In this document: in pieces, positions 58,201 through 64,000 of the stretch | How the letters are laid out: each line of letters starts with the position of its first letter | Position numbering within the stretch: position 1 is the stretch's first letter | Source: Massalongia carnosa | Taxonomy: Eukaryota | Direction of reading: 5' to 3' | Length of the DNA: 64,000 nucleotides | Assembly: GCA_965645245.1 (NCBI GenBank) | Contig: OZ287074.1 | Location: forward strand, 2,356,001-2,420,000 | Program-made: the position numbers and the translations under genes | The notes under the pieces: generated by a model | What the model saw: only the letters and a program-made list of their open reading frames with translations | Told to the model about the DNA's origin: nothing | Databases searched by the model: none

Positions 58201-60566
58201 GAACCAAGTATCAAGACTTCGTGTGGACCTCTGAATGTCAGCAAGCTTTCGAAGACATGAAGATTTCTTTTACCTCTGCGCCGATTCTTGCTCATTACGA
58301 CCCAAGGCTAGAGACCTGGGTGGAGACAGACGCATCTGACTTCGTAGTATCGGGGATACTCTCTCAGATGCATGAAGGCGTTCTGAAACCCGTGGCTTAT
58401 TTCTCGAAGAAGATGAGCCCCGCCGAATGCAATTATGAGATCTACGATAAAGAACTCCTAGCCATCGTAGAAAGTTTCGTCATCTGGAGACCGGAGCTAG
58501 CGGGAGTGGAGCAATCAACAAAGGTCTACTCAGATCATAAGAATCTGGAGACCTTCATGACTTTGAAACAACTAAATCGCCGTCAAGTGCGTTGGGCTGA
58601 GATGCTGGCGGAATATAATTTTCGCATTATGTATAGACCAGGCAAGCAAGGGGGCAAACTGGACGCCCTCACCCGAAGAGAGCAAGATCTGCCGATGGAC
58701 GCGGAGGATGATCGCACCAGATATCAATATCAGGTGCTGCTAAAAGAAAATCAGCTGGACGATGAAGTGAAACAGGACCTGAAGCTGTACGTGATAACCA
58801 GATCCATGGCCAATCGAGAACGGGTTGAAGACAACATTACTACTGACTCATCCGATCAAATCAGGGATGAGGAAGTAGAGGACTTGACGGTAGAGGAGTT
58901 CACAATCAATTCGAATGTTGATTCGGATGCAGAAAAGCCTGATGAATTATTAGAAAATCTTTTAGCGGAGGCGTATCAAGAAGACGCAATGATTCAGGAA
59001 GTCATGAAGGCTAAGTTGGAAAATCTGAAGAAATTGCCCGATAAAATTCTAAGCAACGGGCTGAGACTGGCGATGGGTGACTTGGAAGTCCGTCTCGAAA
59101 GACTATACTACAAAACACGCCTCTTCATTCCGAATTTCGACAAGCTGAAGCTGCGTCTTTTATCGGATCATCATAATCCCCCGATTCAAGGACACCCCGG
59201 GTATCGAGGCATGTATGCCAAAATGCTGGAGAACTATTTCTAGATGTCCATGAAGGATGATTGTCGAAGATACGCTACTAACTGCTCTACATGCCGAAGG
59301 TCCAAGGCGTACAACGATCAGAAACAAGGACTATTAGCCCCACTACCCATACCTCAAAGAAAATGGACAGACTTATCTCTGGACTTTGTAGTCAAACTGC
59401 CCAAATGTCACAGACGGGGCCGGACGTACGAAAATATCTTGGTTATCGTGGACAGATTGACCAAACGTAGGTTGTACGAACCTATGGTGGATATAGGCAC
59501 GAAGGACGTACTAGAAGTCCTCAAACGTCGGGTCTTTTCAACATACGGCTTGCCAAACTCCATCGTCCACGATCGCGGGACGCAATTGACAGCCCATCTG
59601 TGGAAGCGAATTTGTCAGCGATTAGGAGTCAAATCGAAACCGTCCTCCGCGCATCATCCAGAAACAGATGGTCAAACCGAAAATGCGAATAAGGTTATGA
59701 AGAACTAACTGAGAGCATACGTCAGACATGCTCAAGACGACTGGGTGGACTACTTACCAGATGCCGAATTTGCAGTCAATAATCATACGAACGCTTCAAC
59801 CGGAATGTCCCCCTTCTTCGCTGATCACGGTTATCACCCTCGTAGTGGCTCGGAGCTGCCTCAGCCTTTTGACTCAAATGTCACCGGACGCGCGGAACTG
59901 ATGTCAGACAAAATAACCGCCCGACAAGAAGCCATGACCAAATGGCTTATCGAGCACCTAACCTGGGCACAGGCAGATCAGATGAGATATGCCAATGAGT
60001 CGCGGGCCCCACATCCAGACTACAAGATAGGAGACATGGTATATGTCAACACCAAAGATTTCTCCGTCGACAAGCAGAGTCACTCCCTGAGTTCCAAAAA
60101 CGCGGGGCCATGGAAAATCATCCGAAACATAGATAACAAGGCCTATGAATTGGAAATTTACGAACACTTGAAAAGAGTGGGGCTCACACCCATATTTCAT
60201 CCATGGAAACTTCATCTGGCTCCTACGAACCCATTCCCCGGTCAACTTATTGAACCGGGTCCCCCGATACTGATTCAAGAAGACGCCGAATCCAGTCCTC
60301 ATGAAGAATATGAAGTCCTCGAAATCGTCGACTGCCGTGAAACTAAGAAATACGGCACTCAGTATAAAGCAACCTATATCGGCTCATGGGATGTCTGGAA
60401 CGCAAACCCACCTTGGCAGCCATGGACTGATTTCATTCGCGCCAAAGAAGAAATCAGAAAATTTCATACAGACAATAAAGGAAAACCCAACGCCCCAAAG
60501 AATGTCCTATTCATGAATAACAGTCAACCATCGACGTCCGGAGCCGCCGTCTCAGAGGAGGGGTAG
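55210..60566 (+). pseudogene. pol: gypsy Pol, interrupted by the mini-LTR element, frameshifted, with stops
   Basis: LMIDNGS|EAQF protease split by the insertion; YLDD, ETDAS, LSLDFV/VHDRG/GQTEN and a chromodomain. Frameshift near 57350; stops at 59241 and 59706. Confidence 0.92.
55380..56656 (-). mobile_element. Non-autonomous mini-LTR element (TRIM-like)
   Basis: 127-bp LTRs at 55380-55506 and 56530-56656 (TG..CA); TSD GAAGT; minus-strand PBS GTTATGAGCCCGG and PPT AAGGGGTG; about 1 kb non-coding interior. Confidence 0.92.
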
Positions 60567-61091
60567 TGTCAGGGTCCTGAGGTCACCTGACATCAGACTA
60601 GCATCGATTAGGTAATGTGCCGAGGAACCGACTTTTCAGGGGTTATATAGAACTCCGCCCGAGTAAAGCTTTTAGACTTCGTCTGAAGATTTTGGTGTAG
60701 AACTAGGCTATTGAAATTGAACTCGTTTTATCCCTCACAACTAGTGCCGGTCATATTGATTGGATTGGAGATCAGATTGTGTATAAAAACATTCAATTCA
60801 GCATGCGACAATTCCGTAGCATGATTCATGGACTGGTCACGGAAACTTGGCGCTTGATGATAGAGGATTTGTTGTTTGTTCCCCAATTAAGAGCGGTGCC
60901 CGGCATCGAGTGGACTGCATTACGCGACAACCCCAGCGAAAATACGCCAGGATGGAATTTTATGCACTACGAGCGGCACGAGTTCGCGGTAGATAGGAAA
61001 TAGTGGTTTTTCAATCGAACATGGAATCATAAGGAGGTGAAACGACGATTCGTTCAGCCCTAAGCCGAAATGCAATGGAATCGCAAGGGAA

Positions 61092-61582
61092 TCTGTGTAC
61101 GTGGTTCTTGATTTGAAGGTCTCCTGCCACCAAAAAAATTAAGCGAATGTGTAATTCGCTTAAAAGAGACCTCTCCTGCACGTGAGATTAATCGAAGAAC
61201 TTTTAAGTAAGCGAACCTCATATAAAATTAACCGAATTCTGAGATGATATGTAACGCAATTAGTAATCATATTTATGATATACAGAATTTTACGCCGAAT
61301 CCAAATCTGAAAGAATTTTAATAATCGAACAAGAAACGACTAAGTAATTTCTGATTCCAATAAAGTTTACCTTTAAATTTTCAACTTAAATGTTGATACT
61401 TCCCCCGGGACCCGAGGGAAGCATCAAGTGACATTGATGTTCTTTGAGAGCGAAATACTTCGTTCCGAACTCCTGCTTCCTCGTGAAAGTGAAGCTGAGC
61501 CAGCTGCGCGATGCGATCATAGTAACTCTATGCACCGCCGACTTGATGGAACACGATCGTATTTATCATTGGATGCAGACAG
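61092..61582 (+). repeat. Family A copy IV (terminal module plus 5' part)
   Basis: Aligns with 48332-48750 and with 30728-30815 (inverted); gives the empty site GAGACCTCTCCTG. Confidence 0.85.
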
Positions 61583-62157
61583 TAAGTGCTTAGACCAAGA
61601 GATCTCGTCCGAGACCCAAACGTAGGTTGTTCATAGAATAAAGACTAATTGCTAACGAATACTACAAGATTCGTTCTGGTATTTATCCTACTCACCCTAA
61701 GCCTATAGCCTTGGGAGCCTTAGAACCTTAGGAACCATGCAACCCACTTCTGACCTTATCGCCTTACATCCAACCATCCCTCAGAATCCATCCACGAACT
61801 CGACGTTCGCTGGATCATCCAGTCAGCCTCGAGCAGCCTTCTAGATCTTCCCTTGCAAGGTAGAACTGTTCTTCCTCCGGCTAGATCCCTCGCCACATTG
61901 CTAGCCCGCCTCTAAACATAAAGTCTTGACGCCGAGGCTATGTAGCTTCATTTCGCCGTCACCACTACCAACGTAGCGGTGGAAGGTTACCTCCGACTGA
62001 ATCTCTCTCTACACTGCGGACCTGCCTCTAGACACAAGGTCTAGACTACATGGCCATGTAGGTTCATTCCGCCGACATCATTACCAGCGTAGCAATAAAA
62101 GTGAAAGCTGAAGTTTACACCGGGGAGGCCGAGCTCAAGCAGCGTCTAGCTAGCCGT

Positions 62158-62420
62158 TGTCAGATGGTAGGGGCTACCATCATGGGCATTCATCTAGTGC
62201 TTATCTTCGGCGACTCTACCACGGGGACCGAGATGACCTCCGGGGACCGAGATGACCTCAGGGGACCGAGATTCAGTGGACCGGCTGACTCCTTATGAAA
62301 AGGGTCGCCGAAAGGTCTCCAATGTGACTGCTATATAATGAAGTAGATAGCTCACAAATAATCTATACCTTCAATGACAATCATGCTATTATACCTACAC
62401 GTGAATTTTACTATTCATCA
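62158..62420. mobile_element. Solo LTR (263 bp)
   Basis: TG...CA termini and TSD GCCGT; absent from the paralogous site near 33236; internal GGGGACCGAGAT repeated three times. Confidence 0.88.
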
Positions 62421-62769
62421 GCCGTGCCTCCTGCTACAACTCTTGATCCATCAAGAGATCGAGTAGCTCCGAGTAGGCCAGTAGATTCCATATAGAGTTC
62501 ACGGCTAGTGTCCAGAGGAGTTCGCCTTACACTTCATGGCAATCTACCACCGCGGCCTCGACAGGTGATTGTTCTGTAAGCAGTCTAGAACGTAGTAACA
62601 ACTAATCCAAAGTTGTGTGGCAAGGTGGCGTTGTGGTAAGATAGCGTTGTGTCAAGGTGGCGATGTGGCAACATCGACGGCTATGCGACTTCATACTACG
62701 GCTTAGCTCATGCTAGTAAATCCCGCAACTGCCCTAGGCGATCACGTATCCCTCTAGCGCCATCCGTAT

Positions 62770-63185
62770 TGTTGAGGATAGCCGAGATGTCTGCTTATAG
62801 AAAATGGCACTAACCCCAATGCGCACTAGCTATTGGAAGTATTTGGATTGGCCACCTTGGGATTTATCATCAACATCCCGCGTCTGATATTCTAGGAGAC
62901 ATTCGAACATTCTACAGTGGATTGATAATGAGGCAAATATGTCAGCTTTGGAACTCCGACAAAGACGAGCTTACATATCAGCATTTGACTGACCGATCAC
63001 ATAGAAAGTGGGAGAATCGTGCTCAAGGCAGGCAGCGGTATATAATGGGCTATATGCCCCCATAGATAGCCTCAGTCATTTTCAATCAATCATTAGTAGC
63101 CTGCCATTGGATCAGCTTGATCATCGCACGTACTTTTTGCTGTTGTTTCCTACTTCCACCCCTATAATCCGTAGCCTCCGCAACA
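62770..63185. mobile_element. Solo LTR (416 bp)
   Basis: TSD CGTAT; empty site near 32895; same family as 17884-18299. Confidence 0.92.
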
Positions 63186-64000
63186 CGTATTACAATTGCC
63201 TCCCCTCTAGGACGCAAGCTCCGCCGAGCGTGTAGTGGATAGTAACGACACGTTAGGTGGGTGGTATGATGTGTATGGCAGGCGGTGAAAAACCTCCTTC
63301 CTTGTATGATAGTAAGGAGGAAAACCGGCCTCCGAAGTCAATGGAAAACCTCCTAACCCAGTGGGAACTGAGGAGTTAAACCGACTTGTCGAGATCGATG
63401 AAATACTCTAAAACCCTGATAAGACAACAGGAGAACATAGGGAAAACTGACTTCTCAAGATCGATGAAAAACCCTTAAACCCTGATAATATAACGGGAAA
63501 ACGAAGGGAAAACCTTTCCTAGACTCCATAGTAGGTGGCAGGTGAGAAACCCCGAGGCTTCTACTTCTTCGCCTTCTTGCTCCGAGTGCTGGTAGCTGGT
63601 CGGCCTCGTTTCCGCTTGCATTTAGGCTTAACGATCAGCTTAGCCATTGGTGGTGCGGTGTCGATAGGAGGAGAGGTTGCTGTCGGCTTGGTGGGGTTAC
63701 CCTCATGGTAGGCTTCGGCGATCTTCCGAAGGTATTTGATCGCTGCCGCCGGGTTCCACGTACTTTCATCCTCTGGATAGCCCTTCCAGGAGACCAGATA
63801 GTAGAGGCCTGGTAGGTAGCCAGCTTCTGACTCCTTGGCGTAGACCGCGCAATCCAAAGTGCCTTCAACCTCGTACTCCTCATCGTTTCCAGCTCCGAAT
63901 TCTAGCTGCTCCGCGATCATCTCGTCCACCAGCCCATTCCTTGTGGTGTCCTGCTCCATCAGTGATACATGAAAGACATCATGGATGCGCCACCGTTTTG

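Larger units (their letters stand above)
53411..60739 (+). mobile_element. Chromodomain Ty3/gypsy retrotransposon, decayed
   Basis: 173-bp LTRs at 53411-53583 and 60567-60739; TSD ACTAG; PPT AGAGGAGGGG. Confidence 0.96.
52130..61090 (+). pseudogene. DUF3505/TLH-like gene fragment (52130-53410 plus 60740-61090)
   Basis: CHYICC..MKTHCKQKHDW, PWKSVACQRFF and EVNPWLDRTG. YNTT|SAG is rejoined across the ACTAG TSD; then LRDNPSENTPGWNF. Confidence 0.65.
48332..61091 (+). mobile_element. Family A copy III (longest) with DUF3505/TLH-like gene, interrupted by gypsy 53411-60739
   Basis: Collinear with copy I; extra terminal-like module at 50650-50810. Boundaries are approximate. Confidence 0.65.
61583..64000 (-). 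repeat. Inverted duplicate of about 32086-33796 (gypsy integrase end, LTR and adjacent remnant)
   Basis: Collinear reverse complement; ORF 63561-63959 is the chromodomain end of 31166-32524. Confidence 0.92.

Overview
Filamentous-ascomycete DNA (Pezizomycotina-type introns and transposon families) that is almost entirely a nested transposon cluster. It holds two Tad1-clade LINEs, one Ty1/copia, two near-full and two partial chromodomain Ty3/gypsy elements, a non-autonomous copia-primed mini-LTR element, four solo LTRs of three families, a Tc1-like DNA transposon, and three Ngaro-type tyrosine-recombinase retroelements plus a solo A-B remnant. It also holds four to five pieces of an unclassified repeat ('family A') linked to a truncated DUF3505/telomere-linked-helicase-like gene. 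The only host-like island (about 19-24.8 kb) is a head-to-head pair: an NB-ARC/TPR NLR and a SesB-like alpha/beta hydrolase. Their N- and C-termini share a short G/N/V/I-rich motif that looks like an amyloid signalling motif; both genes carry lesions. Other main observations: (1) the Ngaro elements appear to express RT by in-frame UGA-CUA readthrough and the recombinase by splicing; (2) the copia element has non-canonical CTTTG...CAAAG termini, supported by its target-site duplication (TSD); (3) swapped TSD flanks record an LTR-mediated inversion of about 3.9 kb. All calls come from reading motifs by eye; no database search was run. Some 1-bp frameshifts could be assembly errors.
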